Source: a virus
Direction: 5' to 3' (one strand)
DNA length: 64,000 nucleotides
Virus record (IMG/VR): IMGVR_UViG_3300021088_000009
Positions 41,616-51,035 of this stretch are shown here, piece after piece (position 1 is the first letter of the stretch; every line of letters begins with the position of its first letter). The notes below the pieces were generated by a model. It was not told the origin of the DNA. It saw only the letters and a list, made by a program, of their open reading frames with translations, and did no database searches. A program made the position numbers and the translations under genes.

Positions 41616-41987
41616 CTAGTTGCCGTGCTTTTCCAACGCGTCCGACAGTGATTTGATCGTCAGTCGCATGTTACGCATTTCAAACTGAGCATCGGACAGT
41701 TGAACCAGAAGCGCGTCGTGTTTATCTTGCAAGGTATCGGCCCGCGTGTTCGCGGCCCGCAACTTCTCCGACAGGTCATCCGCCCGCGTGTTGGCGTTGT
41801 TCAGTTGCCGCTGAAGCGTGTCAGCTTGGGCTTGCAACCTCTCAATCAAGCTGACCGCGTTGTTCGCGATCACCGCAGACTGATCGATGGGGATTCGCTT
41901 TCGCCTCCGATACCAGTCAATGGAGGCAATGACACCACCGGCACCTCCAAGAGCGCCGATGATAGCGGTGATGTCTGCCCAGTTCAT
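41616..41987 (-). CDS. membrane-anchored coiled-coil protein (lysis-associated?)
   Basis: N-terminal TM helix ITAIIGALGGAGGVIASI followed by a long coiled coil. 123 aa. Confidence 0.55.
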   Translation of the reverse strand: MNWADITAIIGALGGAGGVIASIDWYRRRKRIPIDQSAVIANNAVSLIERLQAQADTLQRQLNNANTRADDLSEKLRAANTRADTLQDKHDALLVQLSDAQFEMRNMRLTIKSLSDALEKHGN

Positions 41988-42433
41988 TCGTCACCGTCCA
42001 ATGGCTTGGTGGCGATGTCCTCCAAACGTTTCAGGTCGGTTGTGATATACACGAACCGCACTGCGCACGCGATGGCGAACAGTCCTGTGAACAATGCCGG
42101 AAGAGCCCCCCTAAGCCCCACCTGCGTAATAATAGCCATGCTGTAAGCGAGGGTGAGGAACGTCAACATGACGATACCGACACGTTCAATGAGAAGTGAT
42201 GTCACTCCCCGACTGAACACGCCGATGATACCCACCACGCCACCCGCCGCCAGTCCCCCGTACCAGCACACGGATTCCCAGTGCGGCAACGCGGCGGTGA
42301 TCACGCCTGACGCGCTCTGTGGCTCCGCCAGGCCGACCACACCCGAGGCCACGCACGCGGACAGCATGAGCACTTCGAAGGGGTTGCGTCCGGAACGGAT
42401 CAGAAGCGGCACACCGCCGCGCGCCATGATCAT
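41984..42433 (-). CDS. multi-pass membrane protein (holin-like, about 4 TM)
   Basis: 149 aa. Four hydrophobic segments. Lies directly downstream of the lysin. Confidence 0.6.
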   Translation of the reverse strand: MIMARGGVPLLIRSGRNPFEVLMLSACVASGVVGLAEPQSASGVITAALPHWESVCWYGGLAAGGVVGIIGVFSRGVTSLLIERVGIVMLTFLTLAYSMAIITQVGLRGALPALFTGLFAIACAVRFVYITTDLKRLEDIATKPLDGDE

Positions 42434-42437
42434 GAGG

Positions 42438-43472
42438 TCACCCGTTGGTGTGGTACGTCAATGTGGCGTTGTGGTTGGCGAACGCTGCGTCCACAATGGA
42501 TGTCACCTGAGCGGAGGTCGCGCCCCCGCTGGGTGCCGCCACCGTGCCCAGCGTTGTCAGGTTGGTGTCCCGCGCGCGGACGGCCGCGTCCAGAGACACG
42601 TACTTGCCGTAGTCCGCTGTGGACAGTCCCAGCACGCTTCCGGTGCCGTCGCCGCCGTAGGACTTGTCCTTGGCTTGAACGTCGTGCCAGGTGGCGGGAA
42701 CCGCGTAGCCGCCGCCCATCAGCAGCACGACGTTCGGGTTGGTGGTGTCCTTGTCGGCGAGGCTTCCGCTGGGCGCGATGCTGAAGGTGTCGATGTTGCA
42801 CACGAATTCGAACATGATGTCTCCTGGTGTCAGGGGCGGTGGGTTCAGTTGTGTGTCCCCCACGAGCATCTGAGCGAGGGTGAACGGATCCACCGTGCAG
42901 TCCCTGTCGACGGTGCCGGCCGCGCCGGGGACTGTTCCGGCGTCGGTGTGCTGGTGGATTGCCAGGCGCGGGTGTGTCCAGCCGGGGTGTCCGGGGTTGC
43001 CGTTCCACACCGCGATCCACAGGAACGTGTTCGTGTCGGCCCACTGGTCGGCACGCAACACATTCTGGAACCAGTCAAGATTGCTGTACACCGCGATCTT
43101 CGACTGTCCACTGTAGACACGAAACGCGGTGATGAACCGGCGCGTGAAATCCACCGCCGATCCTCGCAACTCCGCCGCCTCCATGTCCAACATCGGCACG
43201 AACGAGCCGTTCTGCAACAACGCCCGCGCCCGACACTCCGACGCGAAGAACTGCGCCTGCGCCTCCGGCGTCGTGTCATTGCGGGCGAAGTGGTAGCCGC
43301 CCACCGCGACACCGGAGTTGCGGGCCCCGTTCGCCTGTGCCGACGCGTCCGGTGACACGTAGTTGGTGGACTCGGTGACCTTCACCGACGCGAACGTGAT
43401 GCCGTTCCCGCGCACCGCGCCCCAGTCCGTCACCGCGTTCCAATGCGAGACGTCGATTCCGTACTCGGTCAT
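42438..43472 (-). CDS. endolysin, glycoside hydrolase family 25 muramidase
   Basis: 344 aa. N-terminal GH25 signature GIDVSHWN...VKVTE...GGYHF. Confidence 0.75.
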   Translation of the reverse strand: MTEYGIDVSHWNAVTDWGAVRGNGITFASVKVTESTNYVSPDASAQANGARNSGVAVGGYHFARNDTTPEAQAQFFASECRARALLQNGSFVPMLDMEAAELRGSAVDFTRRFITAFRVYSGQSKIAVYSNLDWFQNVLRADQWADTNTFLWIAVWNGNPGHPGWTHPRLAIHQHTDAGTVPGAAGTVDRDCTVDPFTLAQMLVGDTQLNPPPLTPGDIMFEFVCNIDTFSIAPSGSLADKDTTNPNVVLLMGGGYAVPATWHDVQAKDKSYGGDGTGSVLGLSTADYGKYVSLDAAVRARDTNLTTLGTVAAPSGGATSAQVTSIVDAAFANHNATLTYHTNG

Positions 43473-43485
43473 GCCGACCTCCTTG

Positions 43486-44049
43486 TCACGGGCCGATACG
43501 CCACATGGACAGTGAGCTGACGGGGATAGCGGTGGTGGTGACAGAGTTCAGGGCTCCACCGGAAGCCTGATACACGATGGCGAAGAACGTGTCCCCGACC
43601 ACACAGTTCGGCAACACCGTCGCGATGTGCATGGTGTTGCCGCGACCTGTCGCCATCGTCGCGCTGATCTGCTCGTCGATACACACCGCGTTAGCGGTGG
43701 ACGTGGAGTTCTTCGTGCCCCAGATCGTGCGGCCACCGGTGTTGTTCGCGGCCCAGCCGAATTCGACGTCCAGGGCGTAACTACCAGCGGTTTGGATGGT
43801 GATCTGCGTCGGCGACACCAGCGTGAACATGTTGTCATTGTTCACATCGATCGTGTCCCAGGACACGGCCGTGTTCGTTGTGTTGGGAATGGACTGCGCG
43901 GCGGTGCGCTTCAACCGCAACAACGGCACATAGGCGCGGGGCGCTACCGCGCCGGTCACCACCGTGTTCAAGTTGTTAACGCCAGTGGACAACGCGTTCA
44001 ACGACGTCTGGTGAACCACCACACCGTCAGTGAATGTCGGCATCGTCAT
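43486..44049 (-). CDS. hypothetical tail-module protein
   Basis: 187 aa. Asn/Thr-rich. Confidence 0.6.
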   Translation of the reverse strand: MTMPTFTDGVVVHQTSLNALSTGVNNLNTVVTGAVAPRAYVPLLRLKRTAAQSIPNTTNTAVSWDTIDVNNDNMFTLVSPTQITIQTAGSYALDVEFGWAANNTGGRTIWGTKNSTSTANAVCIDEQISATMATGRGNTMHIATVLPNCVVGDTFFAIVYQASGGALNSVTTTAIPVSSLSMWRIGP

Positions 44050-44077
44050 GCCGTGACCTCCTTACGTTCGGCCAGAA

Positions 44078-44359
44078 TCAGGGGGCCACTGCCCAGGTGG
44101 AGCCCGCGACGAACTGACCCATGAACTGCTCGGTGGTCAGGAACTGGGGACCCCCGCCACCGGCGACAACCCATGTGCCTGTGGACACCGGCACGGAGTA
44201 CCCGAACGGGGAATGCGCCGTGCCGCCGTTGTCAGCGGTGAAGGACCAACCAACCGACTGCATGACGGTGTTGATGTCGGTGGCGTTGGTCCCGTCCCAC
44301 GCGGCGGCCAGGAACTGGTTGGGACGTTGCAGATAGGTGCCTACAGCCAACGTGAACAC
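44078..44359 (-). CDS. hypothetical protein
   Basis: 93 aa. High GC3. Confidence 0.55.
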   Translation of the reverse strand: MFTLAVGTYLQRPNQFLAAAWDGTNATDINTVMQSVGWSFTADNGGTAHSPFGYSVPVSTGTWVVAGGGGPQFLTTEQFMGQFVAGSTWAVAP

Positions 44360-44362
44360 TCC

Positions 44363-46813
44363 TCAGTAGACGGGCACGGTGGTCGTGCCCAGCACGCCAT
44401 ACGTGGTGTCGCCACAGACCCATGCTGTGGGCACGAACACGGGCGACAGTTGAAGGTCCGTTGTCCAGGTGCCTTGTTCGGCGTCGATGTGATGATCGAT
44501 TTGCTCAATGTAGTAATCGCCGCTGATCGTCAAAAAGTCCGACCGGCGCTTGACGGTGACCCGCTGGGAAATCTCCAACGACAAAACGGCCGGCCACAGC
44601 GCGGGGTTCGACGACGGATCCAACGTCAGTTTGGAGATACGCGTGATCGGCTGCGCATAACGAGCCAGATAAAAAATCCCGGCCTGCGTCAAATCAAAGT
44701 CAGTGTTGCACTGCAACGTTTGACTGAGAATACGCTGACCATAGTTCGTTTGTGCTGTCGCGTTCACCACCGGCGCGAAGTTGCTATTCAACGGTCGCGA
44801 CAGATTGCACTGACTGAACGTGTACGTCGGATCATAGTCAAACTGAATGTCAGTATACGGCAACTCCCCGCCGGCCGCATTCTCACCGAACGTCCACAAC
44901 GCCACCTGATTCAAGTACCGACTCGTGCGATCCTCGAAAATAAACGACCCGGCCGTGTTGATGTAAGCCAGGCCGCGTTCTGATTCCTGGATTTCTTGGA
45001 TGACGTCCAGGAGTGTTCGGGTGTTGTAGTCGAAGTCCGCCGCCAACGCCAACTGTCCACCGGCGATACTATTGGTGGAATTCCAGTACTGGTTGATCAG
45101 GCGTTGCACACGCGCACCGGACAACTCACCGATGTTGCCGACCCCACGGAGATAGTGCTTGTTTCGTTGACCAGAGCCGATGTCACGCGGGTAGTAAGCC
45201 CAGTTGCACACGGACATCTGCGCGTCGGGGTTCCCGAATCCCGTGCTCACACCGAAGTGAATGTTGTTCACTCCCCAAATAGGGGTGACGGGAGTGACCC
45301 CGAAATCAGCTTCGTACCCGTCGAACGTGATAGCGAACGCGCCGGACGCATAGAGCGTGACAGCGATGTAATGCCACACCCCATCGTTGTATCCGACACC
45401 CGCCGGAAGGGCGCTTCCGCCGTTGGAACCGGTCAGGTTGTCTGCCACCGCTGTGCCCAGCCGACCGGAGAACGCGCTGTTCGTCTGAACGTACTGCTGG
45501 TCCGGAAGAACCGTCTTCCCGTCGGTCACCACAGCCGCCTGAAGCGGCGCGATCAACCCCGAGTTGTACTTGCACCACACTTCGAACGTGGCCGACGTGG
45601 TTTTCACGCTGAACGTGCCGGCGGTGATGTTCCATTCGGTGTCCTGCAACAGGCCACCGGAGGCGGGCGGGGTGAACTGGTTCTTTTGGGTCATCACCAG
45701 AGCATCGGTGCCGTCCAGGAACTTGTCGCCGCCCCAGTTGAACGACCCCGTGGGAGTGGGTGACGGTGTGGACAGGAAGTTCTGGCCGCCGATGGCGAAC
45801 CGGCCCGGGGCGGCGGTGTCCGACAGCGGAAGGTACAACTGCGGGCCGTCGGCGTTGATCGTCGCGAAATAGGACTGGGCAATAGCGGTTCGGGACATGA
45901 CGGCCAAACCGTCCACCGACTGAAGCGGGTGGTAGGCGCGCTTACCGGACATATCGTAGAGAGTGGGCCAGCGTTCGACGTACCCGTTGTGCAACATGTA
46001 CAGCGTCGGGCCGGTCGTGACGAACGTGGACGGGGACACCAGGCCGAATTCGAGCATGGTGGCGTCCATGTAAAACGTGGGCGTGGACGCTCCGGTGCCG
46101 AACACGGTGATGAGTTCGAGGGTTTCCACGCACGTCCACGACATGGTCAGCCGTGTCCACGTGTTCAATGTGGACGCGACCGCCGAGCTGTGTGTGACCC
46201 CGTTGCCGTCTACTACTTGCATTTGCACGGAGCAGTTGGTGGGGTACACGTACACGCTCATGGTGTAGTCCACGCCCGGCACGGTGCGAAGAGTGTTTGC
46301 CGCACCAGGTCCGACACCAGCGGACGACTGGGTGACCAGCACCGATTGCGCGCCGACGAAATGCTGGGCGGCGGTGACGGTGATGGTTGTCGTTCCGGTG
46401 ATGATTCCCCAACCGCCCGGGTAGTTGGTTCCCACCGTGTGGAGCTCAAAGGACGGGTCGTAGTTGCTGTTAACGTTGACGTTCATGATGTTGCCGGAGC
46501 CGGGCTGGTTGGGCCACATCGCGCCGACCCGGAAGCATCGGTAGGGCAACAGTTTGTTCGCGCCGGTGTTGAACGGGGAGGAACTGTTGGATGGGGTGAG
46601 CAACTCGGTGGGGTCGGTGACGTTCACGGTCGCTGCGCCGGCCTGGACCTGGTCCAGTTCGTACTGGCGGCCGTGCACGATGTCCGCGCTCCGTACCGCC
46701 AGGCGGCGGTACGGAGCGTTGATGCTGAGACGGTTGTTTGCGGTGGTGGGCGGTCCTTGGGTGAAGTCGACTTCCCAGTAGGTGAGTGGGAAGTTGCTGT
46801 TGGCGTTCGCCAT
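44363..46813 (-). CDS. minor tail protein (large, probable distal tail/receptor-binding protein)
   Basis: 816 aa. Lies downstream of the tape measure gene. Thr/Asn/Gly-rich beta-type composition. Confidence 0.65.
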   Translation of the reverse strand: MANANSNFPLTYWEVDFTQGPPTTANNRLSINAPYRRLAVRSADIVHGRQYELDQVQAGAATVNVTDPTELLTPSNSSSPFNTGANKLLPYRCFRVGAMWPNQPGSGNIMNVNVNSNYDPSFELHTVGTNYPGGWGIITGTTTITVTAAQHFVGAQSVLVTQSSAGVGPGAANTLRTVPGVDYTMSVYVYPTNCSVQMQVVDGNGVTHSSAVASTLNTWTRLTMSWTCVETLELITVFGTGASTPTFYMDATMLEFGLVSPSTFVTTGPTLYMLHNGYVERWPTLYDMSGKRAYHPLQSVDGLAVMSRTAIAQSYFATINADGPQLYLPLSDTAAPGRFAIGGQNFLSTPSPTPTGSFNWGGDKFLDGTDALVMTQKNQFTPPASGGLLQDTEWNITAGTFSVKTTSATFEVWCKYNSGLIAPLQAAVVTDGKTVLPDQQYVQTNSAFSGRLGTAVADNLTGSNGGSALPAGVGYNDGVWHYIAVTLYASGAFAITFDGYEADFGVTPVTPIWGVNNIHFGVSTGFGNPDAQMSVCNWAYYPRDIGSGQRNKHYLRGVGNIGELSGARVQRLINQYWNSTNSIAGGQLALAADFDYNTRTLLDVIQEIQESERGLAYINTAGSFIFEDRTSRYLNQVALWTFGENAAGGELPYTDIQFDYDPTYTFSQCNLSRPLNSNFAPVVNATAQTNYGQRILSQTLQCNTDFDLTQAGIFYLARYAQPITRISKLTLDPSSNPALWPAVLSLEISQRVTVKRRSDFLTISGDYYIEQIDHHIDAEQGTWTTDLQLSPVFVPTAWVCGDTTYGVLGTTTVPVY

Positions 46814-46816
46814 GGT

Positions 46817-49800
46817 TCACCCCGTTCCGAACCCGGTGTAACTGGTGGCGTTGTTGATGTTGCGGATGCCGTAGCGGAGCAGTTCGGTTTGGATCTCCTT
46901 GACGAACTGCTGAGTGGTCCTCACGTTGCCTTGCACGGTGATGTTGAGGACCGTCACCGGGCCCTGGCCGCGTGTCCCGACGCCGGTCGCCATCGCGCCG
47001 ACGCCACCACTGACACCGACGGTGCCGTTCACGTTGAACTGTCCACTGGCCGCGCCCACCACCTGTTGCGTGGTCTTCTTCGCGATGTCCAACACCTGAC
47101 CGGCCTGGGCGCTGATGCCGTTACCCAGACCTACCATCAGATCCTGGCCGATGGCGTGGAAGATCCGGGACGGGCTGTGCGAATCGAACCCGGCCTTGAC
47201 GCCGGCGATCAGGTTGCTGATGAACCCGGTCACCGTGTCCCATACCCAGCCGATTGCGGAGCTGATTCCATCGACCAGACCCTTGAGGATGTCACGGCCG
47301 GTTTCGTACAGCCAATGTCCGGCGTTGCTGAAGAACCTGTTGATGCCGTCGGGGAAGGTGTCACTCCACCACTTCTTGACTTCTTCCCATTTGGCGTCAA
47401 GTCCGTCTTTCGCACCCTTGAGGATGTCATGACCGGCGTTGTACAGCCATTTTCCGGCGTTGCTGAAGTAGGATCCGATGGCGTTCGGAAGGTCATTTAG
47501 CCACTTCTTGAAGTCTTCCCACTTCTGGTTGATGGAATCAAGCCAGCCGTTGACCATGTCCTTGCCGGGACCGACGAGCCAGCGGGCCGCGTCCTTCATG
47601 AGGCCATCAATGTTTTTCGGGATGTCGTGGAACCATTGCATGGTGTTGTCCCACGCGGTTTTGATGGCGTCGGTGAACGCGTCCCAGGCCTCTTTGCCCT
47701 TCTTGGCCAGTGTGCCAATGAGGTAGCCGATGGCGTATCCGGCCTTCTGGGGGAAGTCCTTGAAGTAATTGAGGGTGTTCTGGACCCCGTCGGAAATCGT
47801 CTTCGTGAACGAGTTCCACGCGTTCTTAGCGATGTTGCCGATGGTGGTTCCGAGCGAACTAATTGCATCCCCGATTTTGCCCGGAAGCGACTTGAACCAG
47901 TCGATCACGTCTTTAATGCGGTCGCCGATCCAATTAGTCGCCGTTTCGAATGCGCCCTTCACCGCATCCCAGATACCGGAGAAGAAGCTCACAATGTCGG
48001 ACCAGTGATCTTTGATCTGAATCACGATAAAGATCAGTCCGGCGATAACCGCAATCACGGCCAGCACGACAGCAGTGATCGCGAGCATGATCCCGATCTC
48101 CGGCAACATGGCGATATTCACAATCACCATGGCGGCGGCGAACACCAGCGCGGCAATCGTCAGAATGCCGATGGCGACAGCAATCGCCTTGATCAACGTC
48201 GGGTGCTGCCCCATCCACTTTGCGGCGTCCGCCAACGCGCTGACAAAGTCACCCAGCACGGGCAGGAAAATCTGACCGAGCTCAATACCCAGCGCGCCGA
48301 GAGCGGCTTTCGCCTCGTCCATCTTCTGATTGAACGTGGACTGGATCTCCGTCCAGCCCTTCACGGAGCCGTCCGCTTCCTTGGTGGCCCCGGAAATGTC
48401 CTTGACGGCCTTGCTGGTGGCCGCCGCGTTCTGGCCGGTCAGCATCAGGGCCGCGTTCAGGGAGGTGGCCGTGCCGGTCGCGCGTTGCATGGCCTGCGAG
48501 TAGGACTGCGCCTCCGGGCCGCCTTGCTTGAGGATGTTGTTGAAGCCGTCGGCCTTGTTCGCCAAGGTCGCGAACTGGGTTGCCATTCCCTGTTGGTCGG
48601 TCGGGAGAGACTTGATCGCGGTGCGCCATTCGGCAACGGTGATGGTGCCGTTGAGGAACGCGGTTGCCGTCTGCTGCAACGACTTCGGCATGTTTTGCAA
48701 CATGACCTGAAGGTCTTGTGTCGCGGTCTTTGACTGGTTGAACGCGGAGATGAGAACCTTTCCGGACGGCCCCATCCTGTTCATGATTGTCTGGCTGATG
48801 TCGTTCAGGGTGCCTGTGAGTCCCCGGCTGGACAGCTTGTCCGACAGGTCGGACGCGGTGATTCCCAGCTGTGCCAGGTACTGTGTCTGGTCCTGGGATG
48901 GCTTCTGCATCGATCGCAGCGAGTTCGCCAGGTTCTGGGACGCCTGGTCGGCGCTCATGCCGTGTGCGGTCATCTCGGCCAGCGCACCAGTGATGTCCTC
49001 GAACGGCACGTTCATTGCGGACGCCAGGGGCAGGATGTTGTGGAGCGCGCCGGTGAAGTCCTCGAACGTGGTTCCGGCGTCGGACACGGCCGCCACGAGC
49101 TTGGACATGACGGTGGCGGCGTCGCCCACCTTCGGCCCGTAGTCGTTCATGGTGGCGGTCAGGCCCTTGGCGACCGTGTTCAGGTCGGCGTTCTCCGCCT
49201 TCGCGCCCTGTGCGGCGGCCTTGAGGGCGTCCAGGGCGGCCTGTCCGTGGTAGCCCATGGACTCGATGGCGTACCCGGCCTTGGCCAGGTCCATGGCGCT
49301 GTCACCGACGGTGCCAGCCATTTGCAGGATGCCCTGTCGGACCATGTCCAGGTTGGCCTGTGTCTCCCCGGCGGAGGTCACCAACCTGTTGGTGGCGGCC
49401 TCGAAGTCGCCGGCCATTTTCGCGGTGGCCCCGATGACGATGGCTCCGGCGGCGGCGACGCCCAACCCGACCTTGACCATGGTGGCGGTGTTGGACGCGG
49501 CGGTCTTCGCGGCGTCGGCTTCGGCCTTGGCGGTGGCCGTGCCGATGGCGACGGTGGACGCCTCGGCCTTGGCGGCCATGGCTTCGAAGTCGAGGGACAG
49601 GGTCTTGGTCTTGACCGCCATGGACTCCATGGCGGCGTTGTTCGCAAGCGCCATCTCGTCGGCCGCCGCGCCGACCGAGATCAGGGATTCGTTCATGCGA
49701 ACGATCTCGGCTTCGACATCGGCGGTGACGGCGGCGACCTTGGCGGCCATCTCCTCGCCGGACACGCCGGCTTCGGTGAAGCCACCGATCAGCTGTCCGG

Positions 49801-49846
49801 TTTCGGCCCGGAGCAGCACATAAAGGTCGGTGATCTGCTCCGACAC
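46817..49846 (-). CDS. tail tape measure protein
   Basis: 1009 aa. Ala/Gly-rich helical repeats. Central TM segments LTIAALVFAAAMVIVNIAML / VVLAVIAVIAGLIFIVIQI. Canonical position. Confidence 0.8.
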   Translation of the reverse strand: MSEQITDLYVLLRAETGQLIGGFTEAGVSGEEMAAKVAAVTADVEAEIVRMNESLISVGAAADEMALANNAAMESMAVKTKTLSLDFEAMAAKAEASTVAIGTATAKAEADAAKTAASNTATMVKVGLGVAAAGAIVIGATAKMAGDFEAATNRLVTSAGETQANLDMVRQGILQMAGTVGDSAMDLAKAGYAIESMGYHGQAALDALKAAAQGAKAENADLNTVAKGLTATMNDYGPKVGDAATVMSKLVAAVSDAGTTFEDFTGALHNILPLASAMNVPFEDITGALAEMTAHGMSADQASQNLANSLRSMQKPSQDQTQYLAQLGITASDLSDKLSSRGLTGTLNDISQTIMNRMGPSGKVLISAFNQSKTATQDLQVMLQNMPKSLQQTATAFLNGTITVAEWRTAIKSLPTDQQGMATQFATLANKADGFNNILKQGGPEAQSYSQAMQRATGTATSLNAALMLTGQNAAATSKAVKDISGATKEADGSVKGWTEIQSTFNQKMDEAKAALGALGIELGQIFLPVLGDFVSALADAAKWMGQHPTLIKAIAVAIGILTIAALVFAAAMVIVNIAMLPEIGIMLAITAVVLAVIAVIAGLIFIVIQIKDHWSDIVSFFSGIWDAVKGAFETATNWIGDRIKDVIDWFKSLPGKIGDAISSLGTTIGNIAKNAWNSFTKTISDGVQNTLNYFKDFPQKAGYAIGYLIGTLAKKGKEAWDAFTDAIKTAWDNTMQWFHDIPKNIDGLMKDAARWLVGPGKDMVNGWLDSINQKWEDFKKWLNDLPNAIGSYFSNAGKWLYNAGHDILKGAKDGLDAKWEEVKKWWSDTFPDGINRFFSNAGHWLYETGRDILKGLVDGISSAIGWVWDTVTGFISNLIAGVKAGFDSHSPSRIFHAIGQDLMVGLGNGISAQAGQVLDIAKKTTQQVVGAASGQFNVNGTVGVSGGVGAMATGVGTRGQGPVTVLNITVQGNVRTTQQFVKEIQTELLRYGIRNINNATSYTGFGTG

Positions 49847-49867
49847 GTCACACCACCCTTTGTGAGG

Positions 49868-50356
49868 TCAGCTCACGTTCCACGGGGTTCCGAAGATCTT
49901 CTGGTACGCCAGCGCCGCAATGTGCCGGGTGGCGAAATCCACGGCTGGCCCCATAAACGGATACTTGGCCCCGTTGCGAACCCCTTTGACTTCCAAGTAA
50001 TAGCCGTACTTGTTCGCGGGAGTCTTGCTGGTGAACGTGGACCCCGACAGCGTCCGATACGTGGGATACAGGCCGGTGGCGGTGCCCACCCGCATGGACC
50101 ACCCGAACGCGTCCATAGCCGGATCGGTGTGGGTGATGGACCGGACCAGGGTTCCGGAGATCCGGGCGGGCCCCGCCCCCGGTGACGCGGGGGTCGGGGT
50201 GCCGTAGGGGTGGGCCCCCGTGGACGCGTTGATCTTCGCTTGGCGTTCCACGCCGGTGCCGATGACCGCGAGCGCGGCCGCTGCCTTCCCTTGCGCCTCA
50301 ACGGCGAGACGGGCGAACAGCGCCGTGAACACGCCGGGACGGACCTCACCGCTCAT
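49868..50356 (-). CDS. HK97 gp10-like tail-component protein
   Basis: 162 aa. Weak gp10-like signatures SGTLVRSI ... YGYYLEVKG. That family assignment is an inference. Confidence 0.45.
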   Translation of the reverse strand: MSGEVRPGVFTALFARLAVEAQGKAAAALAVIGTGVERQAKINASTGAHPYGTPTPASPGAGPARISGTLVRSITHTDPAMDAFGWSMRVGTATGLYPTYRTLSGSTFTSKTPANKYGYYLEVKGVRNGAKYPFMGPAVDFATRHIAALAYQKIFGTPWNVS

Positions 50357-50567
50357 GCTTGCGCATCTCCCGCTCCGTAGCCGCCTGCTCAGCGGAAAGC
50401 CTGGCCTGCAACAGATCCCACGCGTAACGCTTCACGTACGGTGGGGTGTTCTCCAGGTCTTGCCACGACCAGTGCATGTGATACATGAGTTCGAAGTCGG
50501 CCAACTCCATCGGGGGCGGTCCCGATGCCCACGTGCCCTCATAGATCGACTCGGCGGGCCAGAGCAC
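50346..50567 (-). CDS. hypothetical protein (possible tail assembly chaperone partner)
   Basis: 73 aa. Overlaps the downstream gene by 11 nt in a different frame. Confidence 0.45.
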   Translation of the reverse strand: MLWPAESIYEGTWASGPPPMELADFELMYHMHWSWQDLENTPPYVKRYAWDLLQARLSAEQAATEREMRKHER

Positions 50568-50593
50568 ATCCTCCGAGTAGGGGTGACCTGGCC

Positions 50594-51010
50594 CTACTGG
50601 GGGTTTACGGCGTTGGTCACTTCCTCCGACAGCCGCTTGACGATCACGACGGGCAGCCGGGACACCAGTTCCGGTGTGGCCGGTGTCGGCAAGAGTGCTT
50701 GCACGGCGGGGGTTCCGTCGGCGTTCAGGGTCATGTCGGACGCGTCGTACACGTGCCAGCCGACGATCAGCTTCGCGAGCGTCTCATACATGGCGTCGGT
50801 GGCGTCGTTCATGTTGACGGGGGTGACACCGTCCGCCTGCATCGGCACGTCACGCGGCCGGAGTTCACCGGCGGTGAGGTGCTTGGGGTTGCGGATGGTG
50901 ACCCACACGGTGTCGCCGGGTTCCGCGAGTTCCTCGGTGAAGTCGACGTGCACGAGCCGGTTTGCGTATCCCATGATTGACCTCCATTGTGAAATACCCC
51001 CACCGTCCAT
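50594..51010 (-). CDS. hypothetical protein (tail assembly chaperone candidate)
   Basis: 138 aa. Sits between the major tail gene and the tape measure gene. Confidence 0.5.
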   Translation of the reverse strand: MDGGGISQWRSIMGYANRLVHVDFTEELAEPGDTVWVTIRNPKHLTAGELRPRDVPMQADGVTPVNMNDATDAMYETLAKLIVGWHVYDASDMTLNADGTPAVQALLPTPATPELVSRLPVVIVKRLSEEVTNAVNPQ

Positions 51011-51035
51011 GGTGGACGGTGGGGGTGGTGTTCGA

